This document shows positions 9,468 through 18,625 of a DNA stretch of 50,941 nucleotides, piece by piece; the first letter of the stretch is position 1, and each line of letters opens with the position of its first letter. A program made the translations under genes and the position numbers. This DNA is from a virus (taxonomy: Duplodnaviria > Caudoviricetes). Below the pieces are notes generated by a model. That model did not search any database. It had not been told where the DNA came from and saw nothing but the letters and a program-made list of their open reading frames with translations. The stretch covers positions 1 to 50,941 of IMG/VR virus record IMGVR_UViG_3300037863_000314, one strand, 5' to 3'.

Positions 9468-9494
9468 TTAGGTTAATAACACGTCCAAAACACG

Positions 9495-9523
9495 TTGCCG
9501 GTTTTGGAAAATGGCACTATGTA
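9495..9523 (+). promoter_or_regulatory. Possible late promoter for the lysis cassette
   Basis: TTGCCG-17 nt-TATGTA upstream of the amidase. Confidence 0.35.
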
Positions 9524-9555
9524 AACGATCAATGGATTGAACTGGATCTCCAAGA

Positions 9556-10026
9556 ATGACAGTCTCAACTCGTGCCATCACTCATTTGATTATTCACTGC
9601 AGTGCTACCCCAAAGCATATGGACTTGGGTGCTTACGACATTCGTCAGATGCACAAAAAGCAAGGCTGGAGTGACATTGGGTATCATTATGTCATTCGCC
9701 GCAATGGAAAAATTGAACTCGGGCGAGATCTCGATAAAGACGGCGACATTGACGAAGAAACCGGAGCACATGCTTTTGGGTGGAACGCTTATTCAATCGG
9801 TATCTGCTTGATTGGCGGCGTCGATTCCATTGGGCATGGCGAAGCTAATTACACCAGGGAGCAAATGATTGCTCTTGCTGCATTTCTTGTGGCCAAGCGT
9901 GAAGAGTACCCCGGCGTCAAAGTGATAGGCCATCGAGACACCGGCGCCAAAAAAGACTGCCCTAGTTTTGATGTTGCTGAATGGCTCAAATCAGGGAATT
10001 TGGTTCAACCGCGTAATCCCCGCTGA
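9556..10026 (+). CDS. Endolysin, N-acetylmuramoyl-L-alanine amidase (Amidase_2, T7 lysozyme-like)
   Basis: IIHCSAT, IGYHYVI, GAH..GWN..SIGICLIGG and GHRD...CPSFD zinc-amidase motifs. Confidence 0.95.
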   Translation: MTVSTRAITHLIIHCSATPKHMDLGAYDIRQMHKKQGWSDIGYHYVIRRNGKIELGRDLDKDGDIDEETGAHAFGWNAYSIGICLIGGVDSIGHGEANYTREQMIALAAFLVAKREEYPGVKVIGHRDTGAKKDCPSFDVAEWLKSGNLVQPRNPR

Positions 10027-10047
10027 TCTCTTGAAAGGAGATTCTCT

Positions 10048-10503
10048 ATGCAATTCCTGAAGAAACATACGGCCCTGATCACTGCCGTCGTTGCCCTCGT
10101 CGTATCGGCTTGTACGAGTGTCGGGCTCACTCCACTTCCAAATGTCTACAAAAATGCTGAGACCAATGTCGAACGCACTCTTGTGTCAGTGAAAGCTTTT
10201 GGCGCTGCTCAGGAAACTCTGATCACTGTCTGCGGTCCGGCTGTTGCCGGCACGATTGACGGAGACATCTGCACCAAGCTTATTCCAGTCGAACAAACGC
10301 TTCGTCCGGGTGTTCGCGCAGTGACCCGCATCGGCGCCGAATACGCCGATATTGATGCTCGCATCAAAGCTGCTGGTCCTCAGGCGCCTGCTGAGTGGCT
10401 TCTTGTAGCCGCCCAGACAGCCGGTCAGCTTTCGGACGCCTATGAACCGATCAAGGCGGACATGGACAGTTTTGTCCAACAAGCCGGCGCTCTTGTCGAC
10501 TAA
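10048..10503 (+). CDS. Lipoprotein in the lysis cassette (o-spanin-like candidate)
   Basis: Signal peptide with lipobox VSA-C22; AAGGAG RBS. Confidence 0.75.
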   Translation: MQFLKKHTALITAVVALVVSACTSVGLTPLPNVYKNAETNVERTLVSVKAFGAAQETLITVCGPAVAGTIDGDICTKLIPVEQTLRPGVRAVTRIGAEYADIDARIKAAGPQAPAEWLLVAAQTAGQLSDAYEPIKADMDSFVQQAGALVD

Positions 10504-10542
10504 AGTCTGTTTCCTTCCGCACTCTCAACGAAAGACACTACA

Positions 10543-10860
10543 ATGCTCGACATTTTTACCATCGTAACGAAAGGCCAGCAGGCGCTCTCTGTCCTAAAGC
10601 TCCTGGAGCCAGTTCTCGGCGAAAACGCAAAGATCGTGAACACGGTCACTACCCTTGTGGGTAAGGCTCTTGTTGGTGCCAAATTTGGCGCTACAGCCAA
10701 TAAGGAACTTGTGGCTGAACTCGACAAAGTCATCTCGGATCTCGAGGCAATCAAAGAGCGCGGCGGTGTGACCGGAGATGATTTCCGTGCTGAAATCGCT
10801 CTGATCGACCAACGCGGAGCTGAGCTGGATGCTATCCTTGCTCGGCTTAAAGCCGGCTGA
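10543..10860 (+). CDS. Amphipathic helical protein, probably lysis-associated
   Basis: 105 aa; last gene before the terminator. Confidence 0.65.
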   Translation: MLDIFTIVTKGQQALSVLKLLEPVLGENAKIVNTVTTLVGKALVGAKFGATANKELVAELDKVISDLEAIKERGGVTGDDFRAEIALIDQRGAELDAILARLKAG

Positions 10861-10886
10861 TCGACAGCTTAGGTTGACTGGGATAT

Positions 10887-10916
10887 AAGGCGGGCCTCAG
10901 AGAGGCCCGCCTTTTT
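10887..10916 (+). terminator. Rho-independent terminator
   Basis: aaggcgggcctc-aga-gaggcccgcc followed by ttttt. Confidence 0.9.
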
Positions 10917-10932
10917 CTATGGAGGTTAAGCA

Positions 10933-11103
10933 ATGCTCTACCGGACACCTGAAGAATTGCCGGATGAATACCGCCTCTACACCCCCCGTAATCACAAGGC
11001 GTACCGGCCGATTACAGACTCTGTTTTCCAGCTGCAGCTGTCCAGTGCTGAGTTCCCAAACGAAGATTTCGATAAAACAGAGTTTATCGACCCTAACCGG
11101 TAG
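10933..11103 (+). CDS. 56-aa hypothetical protein (not in ORF track)
   Basis: GGAGG 7 nt before ATG; MLYRTPEELPDEYRLYTPRNHKAYRP...EFIDPNR*. Confidence 0.55.
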   Translation: MLYRTPEELPDEYRLYTPRNHKAYRPITDSVFQLQLSSAEFPNEDFDKTEFIDPNR

Positions 11104-11166
11104 ACTTTACAAAAATACAGGGTCTCCCTATTCCTGCCCTATCGGCTCTATTGTTTGAGGATCTAA

Positions 11167-13470
11167 ATGCCAGACATCATGAATCTTTCGGACGATGATC
11201 CTGATCTGGTGGGCAAAGACCCGGAGAGCTTGTCTAACGTTACAAGGGTGACAGCTAAAGAACTAGCTGCTCGCCTGGGGAATGGCGCCTCTGGTCTTAT
11301 GTCTCAACTGACTAATTGGAAAAAAGAACCTACTGTCCGTATGCTCAAGCTGGATCTTGAAGCAGCAAAACCGTTTCGGGACACCCACGTATCCGAAGTT
11401 CAAAGGTGGGACACGGCTCGAAGCGGAGGCAAGCCTGTACCGAAGCGCCGCGGCCGATCGGTCATTCGGCCTAAGTTGGTTCGTCGTCAGGCTGAGTGGC
11501 GCTATTCAGCTCTAAGCGAGCCGTTTCTGTCTTCAGAAAACATCTTTGAAGTTAACCCGCGCACGTTCGAAGACACAGACGCTGCAGTACAGCATACCAT
11601 TCTCTTGAACTGGCAAATGCGTACCAAGATCGATTTGGTTCGATTTGTAGGCGAAGCTGTTCGAACATTCGTCGACGAAGGGACTTTGATTCTTAGACCA
11701 GGCTGGCGCCGGGAGATTAAACAAGTTCAAGTCGAACGTCCGGTTTACCAGTACATGCAAGTCATGGAGGGATCCCAGGAAGAAGGTTTCCTTAAAGAAG
11801 CTCTTGCGCTTCGGGACACCGACCCTTTTCGGTACGAACAACTGCCCGAAGAGCTCCTCGAAAGTATCAATTATGGGGAGCAAAATGGTGTCACTGCTTG
11901 GGCAGTGCCTACAGGCCAAACTCAGACAGTTACTGAAGACAAAATCATCAAGAATGAGCCTACGCTCGATATTGTTGATTACCGCAACATTTACATAGAC
12001 CCGAGTTGCGGAAACGATCCTGAACGTGCGTCGTTTATTGTCTACTCTTTTGAAACCTCAAAAGCTGAGCTGCTTCGGGATAAGCGCTATAAGGGCCTTA
12101 ACGCTGTAAACTATGGTAACGCCGATTTGCTGTCTGACACAGACCATGGCACAGAAACTCCTCAGGACTTTAACTTCTCGGACGAGCCCCGTAAGCGGAT
12201 TATCGCTTATGAATATTGGGGCATGTACGACATCGACGGTACGGGTGAGTTGGTTCCTATTGTGGCTACCTGGATTGGCGATCAGATGATCCGCCTTGAG
12301 CGGAACCCTTACCCAGATAAAAAAATCCCCTTCATCTTTGAATCATACTCTCCCCGCAAACGAAATGTTTATGGCGAACCTGACGCAGAGATGCTGGAGG
12401 ATAGCCAGGCAATTTCAGGTGCCCTAACCCGCGGTATGATCGATCTCATGGGTCGATCGGCAAACAGCCAGCAAGGCATTCAAAAAGGCATGTTGGATGT
12501 AACTAATCGCCGGCGCTATCAAAGCGGCGAGGATTACGAGTTCAATCCCAACTCGCACCCCTCCCAAGGCATTATCAACCACATGTATCCTGAAATCCCT
12601 CAGTCTGCTTTGACACTGCTTCAAATGCAGAATTACGATGCAGAAGCTCTTTCCGGGATCAAGGCTTTTTCTGGCGGTTTGTCCGGTGAGAACTACGGTA
12701 AAGTTGCAGCTGGCATTCAGGGCCTTGTTGATGCCACTTCCAAGCGGGAAATGGATATTCTCCGCCGTATGGCCGAATGCTTCAAACGTGCCGGCGCTAA
12801 AATCATTTCAATGAACCAGGTTTTCCTGTCGGACAAAGAAGTTGTCCGAGTCACAAACAACAAGTTTATTGAAGTTCGCCGAGATGATCTTGAAGGTCAG
12901 TTTGATCTGATCCTTGATATTTCGACACCCGAGACGGATGAGCGTAAGGCACAAGACCTGGCGTTTATTCTTCAGACTGTTGGTCCAGATATGGACTTTC
13001 CGTTTCGTAAAATAATCTTGTCAAAAATTGCTAAGCTTCGGAAAATGCCGGATCTTGAGCAAGAAATTAAGATGTATGAACCGCAACCTGACCCAATCGA
13101 GCAAGCTCGTCGCCAGCTGGAAGTTTCTCAGCTGGAATTGGAAAATACTAAGATCCAGGCTCAAATTGCTGAGATCCAGGCCAAGACTGAAAAGCTCAAC
13201 GCAGAAGCAGATTCGATTGATGTCGACACTGAGAACAATATCTCTGGAGCAACGCATGCTCAGGATATGGAAAGACAAACTGAACAGTCTCGAGGTAACC
13301 AGGATCTCGCCATTACGCGCGCACTTACTACTCCGCGTAAAGAAGGTGAGAGTGAGCCTGATGTCGAAGCTGCAGTCGGCTTTACAGAACTTTCCAAGCG
13401 TATGGCTGCTGCGGGTAATAGGCCTGCTACAGCTCCAGCTGTACAACCCCCACCGTTGACAGGCCAATAA
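11167..13470 (+). CDS. Portal protein (N4 gp59-like)
   Basis: LTNWKKEPT, PKLVRRQAEWRYSALSEPFL, YEYWG..DIDG and IDLMGRSAN motifs. Confidence 0.95.
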   Translation: MPDIMNLSDDDPDLVGKDPESLSNVTRVTAKELAARLGNGASGLMSQLTNWKKEPTVRMLKLDLEAAKPFRDTHVSEVQRWDTARSGGKPVPKRRGRSVIRPKLVRRQAEWRYSALSEPFLSSENIFEVNPRTFEDTDAAVQHTILLNWQMRTKIDLVRFVGEAVRTFVDEGTLILRPGWRREIKQVQVERPVYQYMQVMEGSQEEGFLKEALALRDTDPFRYEQLPEELLESINYGEQNGVTAWAVPTGQTQTVTEDKIIKNEPTLDIVDYRNIYIDPSCGNDPERASFIVYSFETSKAELLRDKRYKGLNAVNYGNADLLSDTDHGTETPQDFNFSDEPRKRIIAYEYWGMYDIDGTGELVPIVATWIGDQMIRLERNPYPDKKIPFIFESYSPRKRNVYGEPDAEMLEDSQAISGALTRGMIDLMGRSANSQQGIQKGMLDVTNRRRYQSGEDYEFNPNSHPSQGIINHMYPEIPQSALTLLQMQNYDAEALSGIKAFSGGLSGENYGKVAAGIQGLVDATSKREMDILRRMAECFKRAGAKIISMNQVFLSDKEVVRVTNNKFIEVRRDDLEGQFDLILDISTPETDERKAQDLAFILQTVGPDMDFPFRKIILSKIAKLRKMPDLEQEIKMYEPQPDPIEQARRQLEVSQLELENTKIQAQIAEIQAKTEKLNAEADSIDVDTENNISGATHAQDMERQTEQSRGNQDLAITRALTTPRKEGESEPDVEAAVGFTELSKRMAAAGNRPATAPAVQPPPLTGQ

Positions 13471-13531
13471 GATTAAATCATTAATCCTGAGTATAGTAAG
13501 ACTTTACCCAAGAAACACAGGAAACTCCCAA

Positions 13532-13891
13532 ATGAATGATGAATATGAAAACCAACTGAAAGAAATCGAAGTCTCGATCGAAGAACTCAGAGTTCACGTT
13601 CGTCGTAGGGAAGCCCTTAACCGGCTTTCCCAGAATTCCGATTTTCAGCAACTGGTGGAACAAGAGTATTTCATCAACGAGTCTTCGCGCATGCTCCTTC
13701 TGCGGGATGACCCGAATTTGCCAGCTGACAAGAATAAATTCCTGGAAGCCGATATGTACGGGCCTGGCGCGTTCAAGCGCTATCTTTCGACTATCATGGT
13801 TCTTGGCAGGATTGCCGAAGAAAACATTGAGCAGCTGCAAGACACTGCGAATGAAATCCACGATGAGATTTCGGAAACGGGTGACGAATAA
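13532..13891 (+). CDS. N4 gp58-like protein
   Basis: ALNRLSQNSDFQQLV..YF motif; lies between portal and gp57. Confidence 0.75.
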   Translation: MNDEYENQLKEIEVSIEELRVHVRRREALNRLSQNSDFQQLVEQEYFINESSRMLLLRDDPNLPADKNKFLEADMYGPGAFKRYLSTIMVLGRIAEENIEQLQDTANEIHDEISETGDE

Positions 13892-15081
13892 TGGCCGGCC
13901 CCAATGAAGAAGAGCTGGAAAACAAAACCCCTGTAGACGGGGGCACTCCAGCTGAAAGCAATACTGAGCAGGATGATCTTCGGCCTACTGAGGACAACGA
14001 AGCTCCTGCTCCTAAAGAGCTTCTCGATATGTCTGACGAAGACTTCGAGAAACTAGAGGCTACTCCGGTTAAAGAAGTGGTCGCGGAAGAAGATCCGGCG
14101 ACACCGGCCAAAAAAGCAGAAGAGAGGAAAACACCGGCACAGCGGGAAACTAAACCTGCTGGCACTGAAAGCGGCGGTAAAAAAGACCAGCCAGCAGCAG
14201 CTGCAGTCGATGTGACACCTGAGGGTAAGGCGCAGGTTTACGACACTCTCTTTGGTTCCTTCAAAGCCAACGGCCGCGACATGAAAGTCGATACGCCGGA
14301 AGAAGCTCTTCGTCTTATGCAGATGGGTGCTGGCCATTTGAAGTATCAGGCTCGAGTACGTCCTGCTCTTCAAATCGAACAAACTCTGAAGAACAACAAG
14401 ATCGATCAAGACAAGCTTAACTTCTTGATCGAATGCGCAAATGGCAAACCAGAAGCCATTAAGAAATTGGTCCGTGACGCGAAGATTGAACCGTTCGACA
14501 TTGACACGACGGAAGAATCCCGCCAAGCGGATGCCAAGTATCGCCCCACTAACCATGTGGTCTCTGAGTCCGACATCGCACTTACCGAAAAAATCGACAC
14601 GATCCAACGGGTCCCGAACGGTGATGCAATTCTCAGAGTCGTACGCAGTGAATGGGACGATAAAAGCAGAACTAGGATTGTCGAGGATCCAGAGATCCTT
14701 AGTGTCCTCGTCGCCCACAAGAACCACGGTTGGTATGACCGTATTACTTCTGAGGTCGAACGACGCCGCACCCTGGGAACGCTTGCCAACAACATGCCCT
14801 GGCTTGATGCCTACTACCAAGTAGGTTTGGACCTAGAGAAAAGTGGCGCCATTAGCTCAGGAGCAGAGACTACGAGCTCTCCTGGATCCGGAAACGAGCC
14901 TAAGCCGGCCGAGTCTAAAGTTATCGAAACAGCTGCCGCAAAGAGAAAACTGCCTGCGGGCGGTGATCCTTCAGGAGTGGCTCCGGTTACCCGGACCCCC
15001 GTTGTGCCAGTGAAGATCGACGCATCTGTCATGGATATGTCAGACGCTGAGTTCGAGAAACTGCAGTCTAAGTTTGGCTAA
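13891..15081 (+). CDS. N4 gp57-like protein (scaffold; often annotated tape measure)
   Basis: FKANGRDM...LMQMGA and terminal MSD(E/A)xFEKL motifs; precedes the capsid gene. Confidence 0.85.
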   Translation: MAGPNEEELENKTPVDGGTPAESNTEQDDLRPTEDNEAPAPKELLDMSDEDFEKLEATPVKEVVAEEDPATPAKKAEERKTPAQRETKPAGTESGGKKDQPAAAAVDVTPEGKAQVYDTLFGSFKANGRDMKVDTPEEALRLMQMGAGHLKYQARVRPALQIEQTLKNNKIDQDKLNFLIECANGKPEAIKKLVRDAKIEPFDIDTTEESRQADAKYRPTNHVVSESDIALTEKIDTIQRVPNGDAILRVVRSEWDDKSRTRIVEDPEILSVLVAHKNHGWYDRITSEVERRRTLGTLANNMPWLDAYYQVGLDLEKSGAISSGAETTSSPGSGNEPKPAESKVIETAAAKRKLPAGGDPSGVAPVTRTPVVPVKIDASVMDMSDAEFEKLQSKFG

Positions 15082-15106
15082 GGGTTAACCCTCAAGGAAG
15101 TTTGCA

Positions 15107-16549
15107 ATGCCTGACGCAGCGCATCTTTATAACAACCCGCCCAACGTCGATTCGACGATTGGTGGCGGCCAAATGTATGAGTTCTTCTGGCAAAAGAAGG
15201 CTCTTATCGACGCTCGGCGCGAGATGTATTTTATGCCTCTCGCCGATGTCACAAGCATGCCAAAGCACATGGGCAAGCGGATCAAAGTGTATCACTACAT
15301 TCCGCTGCTTGATGATCGCAACGTGAACGACCAGGGCATTGATGCCGCTGGTTCGGTTATTGCTTCGACAGACTATTTCGTGGACTTTGACCACTCCACG
15401 TACTTGTTTGTTGTTGAAGCAAGAGCCACTACGTTTGCTGCCGCGGTCAACGCAATCGAAACCGGTGTTGCTGTCAAATCGGGTGCTGCCAGCCCTTGGA
15501 CAGTCACTCTTTCGAAAAACAAACTGGTTGCTGGCACTTCTGTTGAAACTGCTGCCGTTCAAGCGGCTGCAGTGTTTGCATCGCTGCCAAACTCTCTCAT
15601 GGTTAGCCAGGGTTCGGGAAATCTGTACGGTTCGTCGAAAGACGTCGGTACGATCACTTCCAAACTCCCTGTCCTCTCTGAGACCGGTGGCCGAGTGAAC
15701 CGTGTTGGTTTCACCCGTATTGTTCGTGAAGGTTCGATCTCGAAGCTTGGCTTCTTCACCGAATATTCGCAGGACGCTATGGACTTCGATTCCGACAGCG
15801 AACTGATGCAGCATATGAACCGTGAGCTTATCAACGGTGCTGTTCAGGTCTCGGAAGCGGTTCTGCAGCTCGATCTGCTCAACGGTGCCGGCGTGGTTGT
15901 TTATGCCGGTGACGCAGTGGACGACGACACGGTTGATGGTGAGTCGGCAGATCCTGCTGAGGTCTCTTATCGAGATCTCTTCAATTTGTCGCTGACCCTG
16001 GATGACAACCGCACTCCGCGTGAAACGGAAATCATCACCGGTTCTCGCATGATCGACACGAAGACAATTCGTGGTGGCCGTGTGATGTACATCGGCAATG
16101 AGCTCCAGGCCACTGTTGAGGAAATGGAAGATCCTTTCCAAAACCAGGCCTTTGTTCACGCTCACCAGTATGGTGCTGCCACTACCCTCATGAACGGCGA
16201 AATCGGTTCTGTCGCACAGTTCCGTATTATCGTGGTTCCTGAGATGCACCACTGGGAAGGTACCGGCGCAGTTGTCGGAACCAACCCTGGCTATCGTGAC
16301 GACGGTGGCCACAACTACAACATCTATCCGATGCTTGTGGTTGGTATGGGCTCCTTCACCACGATTGGTTTCCAGACCGGTGGTAAGGGTGTGAAATGGA
16401 AAATGATCCACAAAGCGCCTGGTGAAGAAATCGCAGATCGGACGAACCCGTACGGCGAAATCGGCTTCCATTCCATCAAGTGGTGGTATGGTACGATGAT
16501 CCTCCGTCCGGAACGTCTCGCACTCATCAAGACCCTCGCTAAGGTCTGA
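15107..16549 (+). CDS. Major capsid protein (N4 gp56-like) with an ~80-aa insertion
   Basis: [35 protein letters not shown] and PYGEIGF.SIKWWYG..ILRPER motifs. Confidence 0.97.
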   Translation: MPDAAHLYNNPPNVDSTIGGGQMYEFFWQKKALIDARREMYFMPLADVTSMPKHMGKRIKVYHYIPLLDDRNVNDQGIDAAGSVIASTDYFVDFDHSTYLFVVEARATTFAAAVNAIETGVAVKSGAASPWTVTLSKNKLVAGTSVETAAVQAAAVFASLPNSLMVSQGSGNLYGSSKDVGTITSKLPVLSETGGRVNRVGFTRIVREGSISKLGFFTEYSQDAMDFDSDSELMQHMNRELINGAVQVSEAVLQLDLLNGAGVVVYAGDAVDDDTVDGESADPAEVSYRDLFNLSLTLDDNRTPRETEIITGSRMIDTKTIRGGRVMYIGNELQATVEEMEDPFQNQAFVHAHQYGAATTLMNGEIGSVAQFRIIVVPEMHHWEGTGAVVGTNPGYRDDGGHNYNIYPMLVVGMGSFTTIGFQTGGKGVKWKMIHKAPGEEIADRTNPYGEIGFHSIKWWYGTMILRPERLALIKTLAKV

Positions 16550-16576
16550 TCTGGATGGTGCGACCCTTTTTGGGAG

Positions 16577-16631
16577 ATCAGGGAAGCATCAGCTGGCCGG
16601 GTATCTTGGGTAGCCCGGCCAGCACCCTGAT
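16577..16631 (+). other. Long hairpin after the capsid gene (processing/stability element)
   Basis: atcaggg/ccctgat outer stem and gctggccggg/cccggccagc inner stem; no U tract. Confidence 0.6.
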
Positions 16632-16658
16632 TAACAACCTACCCAAGTCCCAAGGAAA

Positions 16659-17516
16659 ATGAACATGCCAGGTGACAACAAAGATCCTACCGAAACGCAA
16701 AACGACGAAATCCTGACTCCTCGCCAAGACCCGATCGAAACGGCGCCAGGCGGGAATGAAGATCCTGTTATCACAGCTGATGCGGAAAACGCCGCTGATA
16801 TGGATGACGAAGAAGAGGATGGTCCTTCTGAGCTTGATGTCCTTAAAGTGAGGGCACGGACGCTTGGTGTTTCCCACTCTCCGAATATTCTGCCGGCAAC
16901 CCTCCGCGCAAAGATCGACGAACACATTGCGAAATTGGAAGAAGCACAGCTTCCCAAAAGTGTTCGCCAGGAAGAAATTAATAACGGCACAACAGATGAG
17001 CCGGTTCGTGCTCTGCAGAAGCCTCAAGTCTTGCCGGCGTCTGCGCGTACCAAGCTTCCTCACATGTCGGAGATGCTCGATATGTCGACCGATGATCTGA
17101 TGCGTCAGCCTGTGAAACGGCGCACGCAGATTATCCGTGCTCGCCAGCGCCATGTTGAGCTTGCTCTGGTTCGCTGCCAGATCCATTGCAACAACCCAAA
17201 CAAAAATGATCTTCATGGGGAAATCTTCTCTGTGCAGAACAAGTATGTCGGGATTGTTCGGAAGTTCATTCCGTACGGCAAATTCACAGAGAACGGCTAT
17301 CACGTTCCGCGTATGCTTATAAAAATGCTGAAAGCAAAAAAGTATCTCCAGGTTCGTTCGGTCAAAAGTTCGGATGGCACTGAAAGAACTGAAACGTCTC
17401 TGGCACCTGAGTTTACAATCAACGAACTTCGCCCTCTGACGGCGGCTGAACTGAAACAGCTGGCTGCTATGCAAGCTGCACGTTCGTCGACTGATGCGGG
17501 CTTTGTAGGCCAGTAA
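16659..17516 (+). CDS. N4 gp55-like protein
   Basis: ELDVLK.RA..LGV.HSPNI, LVRCQIHCNNP.K.DL.GEI and L.PLT.AEL..LA..Q motifs. Confidence 0.85.
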   Translation: MNMPGDNKDPTETQNDEILTPRQDPIETAPGGNEDPVITADAENAADMDDEEEDGPSELDVLKVRARTLGVSHSPNILPATLRAKIDEHIAKLEEAQLPKSVRQEEINNGTTDEPVRALQKPQVLPASARTKLPHMSEMLDMSTDDLMRQPVKRRTQIIRARQRHVELALVRCQIHCNNPNKNDLHGEIFSVQNKYVGIVRKFIPYGKFTENGYHVPRMLIKMLKAKKYLQVRSVKSSDGTERTETSLAPEFTINELRPLTAAELKQLAAMQAARSSTDAGFVGQ

Positions 17517-17535
17517 TTTCCGTTAGGAGCAAGTG

Positions 17536-18612
17536 ATGCCGAACGAGCCAGCAACAGAGGCAATTACAGCGTTTAACGCGCTAATCGCCGGCATCACTTT
17601 TCCTACGCTGACGGATGATATTACGTCAGCTGCTTTTAACCTGCCTACGCTTAGCGGGTTTCTTTACACAGCCCCGGTGGGGCTTACTGTCGATAAACTG
17701 ACGGATACGTCTGTTGGTGGCGACGGCGTGTTCGACAAGATTATGACGGCTCTTCGTAATCACCTCATTGAAGAGTTTGATAACGGCAGGATCACCGGCC
17801 GGGAGTACGCAGAAGTTTATCAGTCCCTGGTTGGCGTTGCACTTCAATCAGGTGTTCAGTTCGCTATCTCTGCAGACAGCGCTTCGTACCAAAATGCTTT
17901 GGTTCAGATGCAAGCTCGAGCTGCTGAGTCTCAAGCCATTTCGGCAATGGCTGATGTTATTCGTTCGAAGTACGCTGTTATCTCTGCCATTGCAGAGAGT
18001 GAGAACATGAAAGCGTCTTACGCACTTACAAAAATGCAAATTGCCGTTCAGGATATTTCCTACTCCCAGGTTGAGCAGCAGGTTATTCTGACTACAAACC
18101 AGGCTGCCGCGGTTCTTTCGGAAAAGGGAATTGCAGATTACCGTCTGGCAAATCTTCTTCCTGAAGAGAAACGTCAGCTGACGTACAACATCGATAACAT
18201 CATGGTCGCCCAGTACGACAAGCTTGCCTACGAGGCAGACACGCTTCTTGTCGACCAGCACAATGCCTTCCTCCAGGACATCGACATCAAGAGCTACCAG
18301 GTAACAAACCTGATGCCGGCTCAGTGGGATATTCTGAAAGAACAATACGAAGTCCAGCGTGCGCAGACGCTGAACACTCGATCGGACACAGCTACTGTGG
18401 TAGGCGCAATTGGTAAGCAGAAAGATCTGTATACCGAACAGATCACTTCTTACGTTAAAGACGCGCGTCTCAAAGGTGCCAAGTTTTGGATGGACGGCTG
18501 GATTACCCAGAAGTCTCTCGACGAAGGTCTTCTTGCGCCAGCTCAGTTGACCAACGACGAAGTCAACGAAGTGCTCGTCAGCATCAAAACCAGCCTGTCC
18601 CTGGGAACCTGA
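17536..18612 (+). CDS. N4 gp54-like virion structural protein
   Basis: GDGVFD.IM...EF..GRITG.EYA and G.IGKQK.LY..QI.SY motifs; AGGAG RBS. Confidence 0.85.
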   Translation: MPNEPATEAITAFNALIAGITFPTLTDDITSAAFNLPTLSGFLYTAPVGLTVDKLTDTSVGGDGVFDKIMTALRNHLIEEFDNGRITGREYAEVYQSLVGVALQSGVQFAISADSASYQNALVQMQARAAESQAISAMADVIRSKYAVISAIAESENMKASYALTKMQIAVQDISYSQVEQQVILTTNQAAAVLSEKGIADYRLANLLPEEKRQLTYNIDNIMVAQYDKLAYEADTLLVDQHNAFLQDIDIKSYQVTNLMPAQWDILKEQYEVQRAQTLNTRSDTATVVGAIGKQKDLYTEQITSYVKDARLKGAKFWMDGWITQKSLDEGLLAPAQLTNDEVNEVLVSIKTSLSLGT

Positions 18613-18625
18613 TAAGGAGGCACCA

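Noticed and set aside
15092-16471. 459-aa antisense ORF (also 4716..5267, 22038..23153, 24083..25210, 33692..34681 and similar)
   Set aside because: Antisense shadows of strongly conserved genes, with no motifs.
16547-16630. Capsid read-through or frameshift extension
   Set aside because: Read-through adds only a short tail before another stop; no convincing slippery site leading to a domain.
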